A stretch of DNA of 64,000 nt, taken from the IMG/VR virus record IMGVR_UViG_3300033069_001311. The stretch is one strand, 5' to 3'. Shown piece by piece: positions 8,544 through 18,200 of this stretch. Numbering within the stretch: the first letter of the stretch is position 1; each line of letters starts with the position of its first letter. A model generated the notes under the pieces. It had not been told where the DNA came from. It saw only the letters and a list, made by a program, of their open reading frames with translations, and did not search any database. Origin of the DNA: an uncultured virus (IMG/VR IMGVR_UViG_3300033069_001311). Lineage: Duplodnaviria; Heunggongvirae; Uroviricota; Caudoviricetes. The translations under genes and the position numbers were made by a program.

Positions 8544-8772
8544 AGAACGACTGGCTGAAGCCCGAGTTCTATTGACTGATGACTACACGGTCTTGGCTTC
8601 CCGGTTGTTCGAGGTTCCTGCCGAGGGCGTGACCCCGGAGATGCGGCGACGGGCCAAGCTAGTGAGTCTTGGCTTGGCCTACCAAATGACCGAAGCGAAC
8701 TTAGCCAAAAACCTAGGCGTGTCCGAGGATGAAGCTTCCCGGATCGCCACCAAAGCGAAAGGACTCCTGTGA
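8530..8772 (+). CDS. small protein resembling the DNA polymerase A fingers (O-helix/motif B) subdomain
   Basis: DDYTVLASRLFEVPAEGVTPEMRRRAKLVSLGLAYQM...LAKNLGVSEDEA matches Pol I R-x3-K-x3-(F/L)G-x2-Y region. Confidence 0.7.
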   Translation: MRTLKERLAEARVLLTDDYTVLASRLFEVPAEGVTPEMRRRAKLVSLGLAYQMTEANLAKNLGVSEDEASRIATKAKGLL

Positions 8773-8912
8773 AAAAAGCGACAGTCTGCAAAGACCGCAC
8801 TGGATATTGGGTGGCATTCGCCCACGACACGAACTCGAACATCGGAGGGTTCTACAACTCCGAGCTTGCGGCGTATAAGGCGGCGAACGCGGCGGGATAC
8901 CTCGTGGCTTGA
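8769..8912 (+). CDS. hypothetical small protein
   Basis: GTGA-coupled 47-aa ORF (KKATVCKDRTGYWVAF). Confidence 0.5.
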   Translation: MKKATVCKDRTGYWVAFAHDTNSNIGGFYNSELAAYKAANAAGYLVA

Positions 8913-8917
8913 ACTAT

Positions 8918-9091
8918 ATGAGAACGCTTAAAGAACGACTGGCAGAACTCCGCCAAATCGAAAACCCAACCCCGGAAGATTTCGAACGGCTCTGGCAACT
9001 GGCGGAGGATCAGGACGATGAGATTGACAGGCTCCAAGACCGGCTCCTCGTCCAAGAAGAGGGGTACACACCTTACGTGGGGGAGCTATGA
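8918..9091 (+). CDS. hypothetical coiled-coil protein
   Basis: starts with the same MRTLKERLAE as the 8530 gene. Confidence 0.65.
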   Translation: MRTLKERLAELRQIENPTPEDFERLWQLAEDQDDEIDRLQDRLLVQEEGYTPYVGEL

Positions 9092-9219
9092 AATGGCCCC
9101 CCGTAGCTGAATTCTTAACCGCAGCCCTCGCCCTGAACCTGTGCGTGGATGCTGGACGTAAAGTTGTCAGGTTCGTGCTTGACGCAACAACCAAAATCTC
9201 GGAGAAGAACACACCATGA
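9088..9219 (+). CDS. hypothetical small protein
   Basis: ATGA overlaps on both sides (MKWPPVAEF). Confidence 0.45.
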   Translation: MKWPPVAEFLTAALALNLCVDAGRKVVRFVLDATTKISEKNTP

Positions 9220-9542
9220 AAACGCTGACTGCAACCATCGGAAATGAAACGGACTCGGACTACCACGAGTACCTCGCCCGCGTAAATGCGCGGTTCCTGA
9301 GAAATACGGAAGACGGCGCCCCGCTCTTTACGACGGACGCCGAGGACCTGTGGGAAACCTACCTCGCGAACTTCGAGGACCCCGCCGTCCGCCAACACCA
9401 CAACTGTCACGCCTGTCGGAAGTTCATCGAGACCTTCGGGGGGCTGGCGACAATCGACGAATCCGGGAGCCCGGCGCCCGCGATCTGGAACCCCGAGGAT
9501 GCGCCGGAGGAGTGCCTCCCGGCGAACCAACGCCCGCAGTAA
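9216..9542 (+). CDS. conserved phage protein, probably N-terminal fragment
   Basis: LFTTD...LW..YL..F...RQHHNCHACRKFI..FG motif. Confidence 0.6.
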   Translation: MKTLTATIGNETDSDYHEYLARVNARFLRNTEDGAPLFTTDAEDLWETYLANFEDPAVRQHHNCHACRKFIETFGGLATIDESGSPAPAIWNPEDAPEECLPANQRPQ

Positions 9543-9565
9543 TCCTCTACCCCACATACTAACCC

Positions 9566-10360
9566 ATGAAACTACACCCCGAACACCCAGCCATAAAGAT
9601 CATCCGGTTTCCGGATGGGCAACCCCACATCCGGCTCGACACCAAACTCCTCGAAGGGGTCCAGGACGTCGACGTCACTTGGCGAATCCGGAACCCCGAA
9701 GAACTCTACCTCTTGGCGTGCCTTCATGACGCGCTCGAAGAAGCCGAGCTACGAATCCGCGACCTCGTCATCCCCTACCTCATGGCCGCCCGGTCCGATC
9801 GGGTCATGGTGCCGGGCGATGCGCTGGGGTTGCGCGTGGTCGGCCACGTCTTAAGGGCCGCGATGCAGTACAAAAATCTCTTCGTTCTCGACCCCCATTC
9901 GAGTGAAGTATTCAAGTGGGTGTTCTGGTCGCGAACGCTTTCGAGCGACTTCCTGCTGGCCGGTATTCACGCCGACGCCCTCGTCCTTCCAGATAAAGGG
10001 TCGCGGATCCATGCGAACCGCCGGAAAGAGATCCTTCGGGCGTCCCGTGAAATCCTCTGTGAGAAGCAACGAGACATGCGCACGGGCGACCTGAAGCTTG
10101 TCGTCACGAACCCCGAAGCCGGAATCGGTAAGGACGTCGTGATCGTCGACGACATCTGCGACGGCGGCGCCACGTTCCTCGCCATCGCCGAACAACTTCC
10201 GGGTGTCCGGAGCCTGAAGCTCGTCGTGACGCACGGGATCTTCTCAAAGGGATTCGGGGATCTGGCCCCCGCGTTCCATCAAATCATCTGCTCGGACAGC
10301 TATGCCAGCAGTTACCCGAACCAACCCTCGAACCTGACCATCATTCCCTGCAACCTGTGA
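9566..10360 (+). CDS. ribose-phosphate pyrophosphokinase-like protein (NARP1 Adps-like)
   Basis: FPDGQ, PYLMAARSDR, DPHS, VIVDDICDGGATF, VTHGIFSKG. Confidence 0.9.
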   Translation: MKLHPEHPAIKIIRFPDGQPHIRLDTKLLEGVQDVDVTWRIRNPEELYLLACLHDALEEAELRIRDLVIPYLMAARSDRVMVPGDALGLRVVGHVLRAAMQYKNLFVLDPHSSEVFKWVFWSRTLSSDFLLAGIHADALVLPDKGSRIHANRRKEILRASREILCEKQRDMRTGDLKLVVTNPEAGIGKDVVIVDDICDGGATFLAIAEQLPGVRSLKLVVTHGIFSKGFGDLAPAFHQIICSDSYASSYPNQPSNLTIIPCNL

Positions 10361-11799
10361 ACACATCCGCCCTCCACTTCACCGACTTCTACAAGGTCGG
10401 CCACGTCTTCCAGTACCCGCCCGGGACTGAATACGTCTACTCGAACCTCACGCCCCGATCCTCGCGGATTCCCGGCGTCGATCACGTCGTCCACTTCGGG
10501 ACGCAACACGCCCTGCGCCGGATCTCGGATTCCTTCGAGGGCACATTCTTCCAGCGCCCGCTACGGGTGGCGGTCGAACTCTATAAGGAGCGGACGATGG
10601 CGGCCCTCGGCGCACTCCCAAGCTACCACCACATCGGCGCCCTGCACGACCTCGGGTACCTGCCGATCGAGATCCGGGCGCTCCCAGAGGGCGCCCTCGT
10701 CCCGCTCCGGGTGCCGGTGCTGACGATTCGGAACACGCACCCAGATTTCGCCTGGGTAACGAACTTCATCGAGGGCTGGCTTTCCTGTAGCCTGTGGCAG
10801 CCCTGTACGTCGGCGACCATCGCCTACCAGTACCGGAAGAGTCTGGACAAGTACGCCCTACTGACCGGCATGGACCCCGGGTTCGTCGACTACCAAGCTC
10901 ACGACTTCAGCTTCCGGGGCATGGGGAGTCTGGAAGCCGCAATCGCATCCGGAATGGCGCACCTGACGTCCTTCCGCGGGACCGACACGATGGTCGCCAA
11001 CGACTACCTCGTCAACCACTACTACGCCACGAACTCGGAGTTGGGAGTCAGCGTCCCGGCGACGGAGCACAGCGTCATGTGCGCCGGGGGCGACGACGGG
11101 GAGGAGGAAACCTACCGCCGGCTGATCGAGGACGTCTACCCCAAGGGCATCATCTCGATCGTGTCGGATACTTGGGACCTGTGGGGCGTACTCACGGAGA
11201 CCCTCCCGGCCCTAAAGAGCAAGATCATGCGCCGGGAGGGGAAGCTGGTGATCCGCCCGGATTCCGGAGACCCGGTCAATATCCTGTGCGGCGACCCGGC
11301 GGCCACGGGGCCGGCGAGGAAGGGCGTCGTCGAGGTCCTCTGGGACACGTTCGGGGGCACCCTCACCCCGACCGGGCACCGGCTTCTGGATTCCCACATC
11401 GGCGCCATCTACGGCGATTCGATTACGCTCACCCGGCAAGATGAAATCTGCCGCCGGCTCATGGAGAAGGGCTTCGCGAGTCAGGTTGTGCTCGGGGTGG
11501 GGAGCTACACCTACCAGTACAACACCCGGGACACGTTCGGGTTCGCCGTGAAGTCGACGGCAGTCCGGATTAACGGCCAATGGAAGCCGATCTTCAAGGC
11601 GCCCAAGACCGACGACGGGACGAAGAACTCGGCACGAGGATTCCTGCGCGTGGAAATTGAGGACGGCGACTACGTTCTCCGAGACAACGTCGAGGACTTC
11701 GAAGGCGGAGAGCTGGTCCCGATCTGGCGAGACGGCCGGTTCCTGCAAGAGACGACGATCTCGCAGATTCGGGCGCGGCTGAGGAGGGCGACGCCATGA
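10357..11799 (+). CDS. nicotinamide phosphoribosyltransferase-like protein (NARP1 Namat-like)
   Basis: TDFYKVGH, HDFSFRG, PATEHSVM, SDTWD, IRPDSGDP, IYGDSIT, YQYNTRDT. Confidence 0.92.
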   Translation: MNTSALHFTDFYKVGHVFQYPPGTEYVYSNLTPRSSRIPGVDHVVHFGTQHALRRISDSFEGTFFQRPLRVAVELYKERTMAALGALPSYHHIGALHDLGYLPIEIRALPEGALVPLRVPVLTIRNTHPDFAWVTNFIEGWLSCSLWQPCTSATIAYQYRKSLDKYALLTGMDPGFVDYQAHDFSFRGMGSLEAAIASGMAHLTSFRGTDTMVANDYLVNHYYATNSELGVSVPATEHSVMCAGGDDGEEETYRRLIEDVYPKGIISIVSDTWDLWGVLTETLPALKSKIMRREGKLVIRPDSGDPVNILCGDPAATGPARKGVVEVLWDTFGGTLTPTGHRLLDSHIGAIYGDSITLTRQDEICRRLMEKGFASQVVLGVGSYTYQYNTRDTFGFAVKSTAVRINGQWKPIFKAPKTDDGTKNSARGFLRVEIEDGDYVLRDNVEDFEGGELVPIWRDGRFLQETTISQIRARLRRATP

Positions 11800-12209
11800 A
11801 CCACAACGAATTCGCCAACGAACTGTTCGACCGAGACATCGTGGTCGATAAGATCGTCTGGCTTGCCGCGACCTGCGCGAATCCACCTCCGGCCTTGGCG
11901 GACCTGTATGAGGACGATCCCGAAACGCTGGCGACACTTCTCGGAGTCGACCAGAATCTCGATCTGGACGAGATGTTGCAGCGTACGAAAAACCTAGGGT
12001 TCCTGCTCGATGTAAGGACGCCGGTTCGCCGATACTGGAAGCCCGAGGACCCGGAGAGCCCCTACGAATCAGGCTGGGGGCTGATCCACACAGACTGGAT
12101 CTATACCGAATCTCTGAGTCTGCTCGATGCACTGACGAAGCTCGTCGCTTGGGCGGAAGGCAAATCCCAACTTGACCGAGAGCGGCGCTATTCTACACCC
12201 TCAACCTGA
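11796..12209 (+). CDS. hypothetical protein
   Basis: 137-aa ORF coupled to the NAMPT-like gene; last gene of + block. Confidence 0.75.
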   Translation: MNHNEFANELFDRDIVVDKIVWLAATCANPPPALADLYEDDPETLATLLGVDQNLDLDEMLQRTKNLGFLLDVRTPVRRYWKPEDPESPYESGWGLIHTDWIYTESLSLLDALTKLVAWAEGKSQLDRERRYSTPST

Positions 12210-15200
12210 CCCGTCGCACCCGGCGCCCGGCGCTCCGACGCCGAGCCAGGAAGCTAGGCCTACGACCGCGACGACCACGCCCCCGGGAGGAAGAGACCCT
12301 TCCCCCGGGGGTTCTCTTTACCGGCGTCTCCATGGCCGGCGTGGGGGCGAAGGACCTCATACCTTCCGGCGGGCGCTCGGAGATGACCTGCACCGCCCGC
12401 GCCCGCTGATTCATCGCCTCCCGGACCTTGGGCCCGAGCAAGGGCTGGAGCTTCCGGTATTGCTCCTCGGTAATAGGTCCGCCGACGGCATCCCGAATCG
12501 GGTCGAGGGCGACCAGAAGCCCCTTGACCGCCTGCTCCCCGGCGCTCTGTGCCTGCTCCGGCGACTCGCCCTTCTCGACCGCCTTGTTGTACGCCTGCCG
12601 GAAGGCGAACCCGGTGATGTTACGCATGCCCTCCTCATCCCCGCGGCGGGCCGCCTCCCGGAGCGCCTGCTCTTTGGGCGTCGGCGCCAGCCACGAGCCG
12701 AACTTCGGCGGCTTGCTGGGTTCCAGCCCGATCTTCCGCGCCGCCTCGACGATCTCCGACTTAACCTGCTTCGAGACAACGGCTTCCGGGTTCGCCATGT
12801 TGTAGACGAACTGGCCCGCCATCGAGAAGACCGACAGAACCTTGCGCGTCCCCTCCTTCAGGTCCGCCTTCGCCCCGGCCTGACCCTCCGGCCCCATGTC
12901 GTGGGCGATCGTCCACCCGGCTTGGCCAACCTGGGACAAGCCTTGTCCTACGGTCGACAGGATTCCCACGGCGGGAAGCCGGGGGTTCTCCAGGTCGAGG
13001 CCGACGCCCTTCGGCACCGTGAAGGCGATGTCCTTGAGGATCTCGGTCGGACTCTGCCCCCAGAAGGACATGTCGAGCGGGGTTGGTTCGCCCGTCGGGG
13101 GCGGAGTCTTCATGGCGCCGGCAACCCGAGCCGCGGCATTGAATACGAGCGGGGCGCCCGGAACGTGTTCCCGGATCAGCCCACTGAGCCGGGTGAGTGC
13201 GTCCAATAGCCCCTCGTCGTCATCGTCGTCCAGCCCCATGAGGATCTGCTGAATCGCTTCGGCGAGCTGGGTCTGGCCAGCCTGCGCCGAGCGCCGGGCG
13301 ATGGTCGACCAGTAGGCGGAGATGGCGGCCAACGCCATCCACGACAGGGTGCGAAGCGTCGTCTGGGAGATCTTCTTCAGGCGCCCGTCGTCCGGAACCG
13401 TGCGCGAGTCGGCGGCGATCTGGTTCACCATGTTCACCGTCCATCCGAGGAGCGACAGAAGCGGGTTGCTGGTCGGTCGGTTCCCGCGGGTGGCGGCGTT
13501 GACCTGCGACAGGATCGAGGACCCAATGGTGGCGCCCAGCTCCGAACGCCAGAAGGTTCGGACCGGAACTGACTGGATATTCTGCAACACCACTTCCGGA
13601 TTTCCAAATGTCCCGAGGAAGTCGCGCAGGGTGGCGGAACCTCCGACGTCGGCGTCGGTCAGTAACGTTAACGGATTCGCCGGATCGTAGGCCAGACCCT
13701 CCCGGGCCAGCCGGGACTTCCAGACGGCGGCGATCCGCTTCATGCGCCAGATGATGGGCGGCACCATCGTCCGAGCGATGTACCGGTTGAGCACCGAGTC
13801 ACCCAGCCTGACGCCGACCCGCTCTGAAATGGCGTTCGCCGCCTCCTGCCCGGCCTGCGAGATCCGCGTCCCCAAGCCGCCCGTCACCTCGCCCCGGCTC
13901 CAGGCTTCCGATTCGCCCAGCTCCGCCCGGCTGTAGCTGCCCAGAATCCCGGCGCCCTCAAGGTAAGCCTGAAGCTCCTCCGGCTCGGAGAACTTCAGTC
14001 CCATGCCCTGGCCCAGCGCCATGAGTCGGTCGTACGCGAAGTGCATCGGGCTCCCGACGATCATGTCGGCGACGGCTCGGGCGGTCGAGACGCCGGTCCC
14101 GAGGAACGGACGATTGACGAACCGACCAGCCCACGGACCGGAGACGATGTTCGCCACCGCCGGCCCGGTCCACATGAGCAGGTGCGGGATGACGTTCGAG
14201 ATGCCACGCTGGACGCTGGAGTGCCACGCCTTAGCCGGCGCCTGGATGGACGCGATCTCGGCGGCGAGCCGGTCGGCCCGGAGCTTCATGTTCTTGACCG
14301 CGGCCTGCGCCCGGACCTTGTCGATGTTCGTCCCGCTCCAATCGGAGTTCGTGTGCCAGAGGATGTCGCCCCGATACTTGGCGAAGACGGCGGCCTTCTC
14401 AATCTCCGGCAACGTCTGGGCCTCGGCGATGGCGGTGGCAATCGTCCGGAGTTCCTTCGCCGACTCTTGGAGGGCGGTCAGAAACTCGACCTGCGCCGCG
14501 TCGCCCGTGCGTTCGAGGAACGCCTGCAAACTGTCGGACATCCCGTACGTGTACCACGAAGACGGGAACATGAGCGGGGCGGCCGACTGAGTGAACTCGG
14601 TCAGGTCCGACTCGCCGAACGCCTCGATCGCGGACGTTTTGGCGGACGTCCCGGTCTCCGCCGGCACTCGGGCCGCGGCGATCCGGGCGTAGCCTTCCAG
14701 TTCCTTGAGTAGCTTGCCCCGCACCTCCGCCCGGGTCAGCCCGGACTCGGCGGTCAGGAGCGAGACGGCCTCGTCGAGGGTCCTCGGGGCGGGCGCACCT
14801 TGGAAGATTCGATTGGCGATCCGTTGCTCCGCGGCGATCAGGTCACCGTCACGCTCGACGCCCAGGTCCGCCCGACCACTGTCGAGGATGTGCCAGAGCA
14901 AGCCTTGCTGCGACTCAGCGGAGTCCCAGAAGGCGGCGATTTGAAGCGGGTCCTTGGTCCGATAGACTTCGGCGAGGCGCTGGTAGACGGCGGGGCGAGG
15001 GAGGCGGGCCAGACCGAAGTCGCCCGTCTCGCCCGGCCGGCGCACGACACGCTCGCCCGGAAGCTGGACCCGGACGCCACCGTACGGACGCCGAAGCTCT
15101 TCCGCCTGTGCCTCGCGGCCCACGGCGCGGTCATTCCGGAGGAGGTTGAGCAACTCCGGCGTAATAGTGCGGCCGGGGAGGGAGATGAGCCGGTCGCCCA

Positions 15201-18200
15201 CGCCGAGCCCGGAGCTGAACTGGCGGCCCACCCGGTGGGACACCTCATTGCGTGCCCGCTGAAGGAGCGCCGGGTCGCCCTCATTCCGAAGATCCAGCCC
15301 GAGGCTTTCGGCCGCGGCGATCATGAGTTCCCGGTTCTTCCGGACGTGCTTGCGGGTGAGCTTGTCGATGACCTGCCCGGCCTTGACGTAGCCCGCCAGC
15401 TTGGCCTTGAGCCGGCGCCCCTGGACCCCAGGCACCAGCTTCGATAGGGTTTCCCGGGTCCCGATGTTGAGCCAAAGGGTGAAGGGCGAACCACCGGTCC
15501 GGTCCATGCCACGGGTCGGGGCGATGGTCGAGGAGATTTGATCCCGGGTAAATTTCGCGTCGATGTAGAAGTCCGTCATCGGCACGGCGACGCGGAGCCC
15601 CCGGGTAACCGGCTCCGGGTTCGAGCCGGCGGCGACGGCCTCCTCCGCATTGCGTTGCCAGTCAACGAGCTGGGTGAGCAGGTCGCCCGTATATTCCTCC
15701 CCCGGAAGGAGTCGGATCGCCGGCTGCTCGGAGCCGTCGGCCTTCGTGAATTCCCGGAACAGGACGCCGCCGTCGTTGGCATCGTAGACCATCTCGGTGG
15801 CGCCGGTCTCGGGCGTCGGGACCTCCGTGGCCCCGGCGTCGCGGAGCATCTCCAAGGCAACCCGGCGACCTTCGAGCTGGGAGATGTCCTGCTCGACACC
15901 GGTCAGAGCGTCGATCGCCCGGCCCCGGGCGCGGACGAACCGGGCGATGGCGGGGGCGGCGGCTTCCGCCGACCCGCCCTGCTCGACGCCGCGAATGGCG
16001 GCCAGCGCAGACTCGGTAATCGACCGGTCGACCGCACCGTACGCTTCGACCACCGCATTGCGCCGGCCGTCCGACTCCCGGATCAGGTCGACGAGGCGAA
16101 CGGTCGCATCGACGGAGATCCCAGAGGCGGCGGCGACTGCTCGCAGGTCCGCTTCGTCGGAGTCGAGGCGACGAAACACCCGATCCCGGAACCGGGCGAC
16201 TGCGCTGTCAGGGTCAGCCTGCGCCAAGGCGACGATGAACCGGCGAAGCTGCTCGTCGTTCTCCGCCAAGAACTCGGCCGTCGCCCGGTCCTCGGTCGAG
16301 CCGGAGAGACCCATGACGCCGCGGAGGGAAGCCAGAATCTCGCCGACGGCGACATGCGCCCGGACCCGGTCGCCGGTCAGGTCCTCCAGGCGAGTCCGCA
16401 GGGCACGCAGGCGCTCCGGGTAGGTCGTCGACATGAAGTCGTCATAGACCTGCGCCGTCCGCTTCTGGAACGGGCGCCACGAGAGGAAGAGGGTATCCCG
16501 AGCCACCTCGGCGGCGTCGGCCAAGTTGCCGCTCGCTTCCTGCGGCGTCGCTCCGGACTGCTCGATCCGTTCAACGATCTCAAGCCACGCCTGGATCTGC
16601 GGGTCGAGCATCACCATCTGCGCGGCGCGGGATTCCCACTTCCGGGCAGCGTGAAGGCGAAGGTCTCCGGCTCGGGCGAGGGCGCCGGGATCCGCTTCGG
16701 CGATCTCCTTCCGGAGCGCCGCCAGCCGGGCGAGGTCTTCGGTCCGATCGAAATTCGGGGCGGACCGCTCCAATTGAGAGAGCAGTTCGGTGAGGTCGTC
16801 GATGGCGTCGAGCGTCCGGACTAAGTCGCGGGCCTCGGCCTCAAGCCTGAAGGCCGCATGGAGCCGCTCGTCCGCATCCGTCGTCGGGATGTCGGCCGCC
16901 CGAAGATCCTCGATGAACGTCTCGGACCGCGGGTTCCACGGGCGCTCGACCCCGGCGCCGATGTCCCGAGCCCGGCCGGAGTCGCCGAGCGCCCGCATCC
17001 GGTTGCCCATATTCCGGAAGGCTTTCTCGTCCTCCGCCGCGAACCGTTCGTCGATCGCTAGATTCCGAAGCCGGTCGACGATGGGCTTGGCGTAGGCCCA
17101 GACCGCATGGTTCAGGTTCGCGTAGACCTGCGCCGCCGGGGTCGCCCGGCCACCGGCAAGGTTCTCGGGGATCTCGTAAGCCGCGAGAGTGGTCCGGGCG
17201 AGTCGTTCAAGATTCCTTGACAACTCGTCCGTAGGCGACAGGCGAAGCCTCCGCATCCACTTTCGGACCCACGGCCGGAGCCGGGATTCCTGACCCTGAA
17301 GCCGGAGCACCTCGCCCAAGATGGAGCGCTGTCCCTCGGGGGTCTTCGGGTTGGCGGCGAGGCGTTCGGCGATCCGGGCGGTACCGACGGGGTCGGTCTC
17401 CCGGAGCATGGCGTAGGTGTCGGCGACGAAGGTCGGGCCGAAGACATCGAGCCCAGACTCGACGAGGGCCGAGACGATGGCTGAGCGTGCCGACGCCGGG
17501 TTCCCGGAGAGGTCGGGGGCGGAGACAACGATGTTGGAGCCGTCGTAGTAGGCACCCCGGGGATCGGGCGGGCCCTCGATGATTGGCGGGGCGGACGGGA
17601 ACTCGGCGCGGATTGAGTCGACAATCTTCGGGAGCCGGTCGGGGGCGAGGGAGAAGCGGGGAGTCGATTGTCGGAGACTCCCGGTCGAAAGCAGTCGGCT
17701 CTTCTGCTCGTCCGTCAGCGACGGGTCGGACCGAATCGCTTCCTGCACCGAAGGGTTGCCCAAGTCAACGTCGTTTAGTATCCGCTTCGGGTCCATGCCC
17801 CGGCGTACCATTTCCTCCCGGGCCCACTCCGGGAGATTGTTCCGCTGTGCCCCGACGACGTCGAGACTCTGCCGACTCTGGCCCCCGCTCTGGCCGCCAG
17901 TCCTCCGCAGATTCCGGAGCATGAGCCGCGACTCGACGAGAGCCGAGAGGATGGTGGCACGGGCGGCTGCCGGGTTGCCGGGCAGGTCGCCGGGCGAGAC
18001 AACGATGTTCGCGCCGTCGTAGTAGGCGCCCCTCGGGTCGGGGTCTCCGACGATGATCGGCGGGGCGGAGGGGAACTCCGTGCGGATGGAGTCGAGTAGG
18101 GTCGTGGCCTTCTCGGGAGAGAGGGAGAAGCGAGGCGTGCTCGGAGCTTCTGCGTATAGGCCGTCTTGCGAAGGCCGGTCATAGGTCTCAGCTTGCCCGG

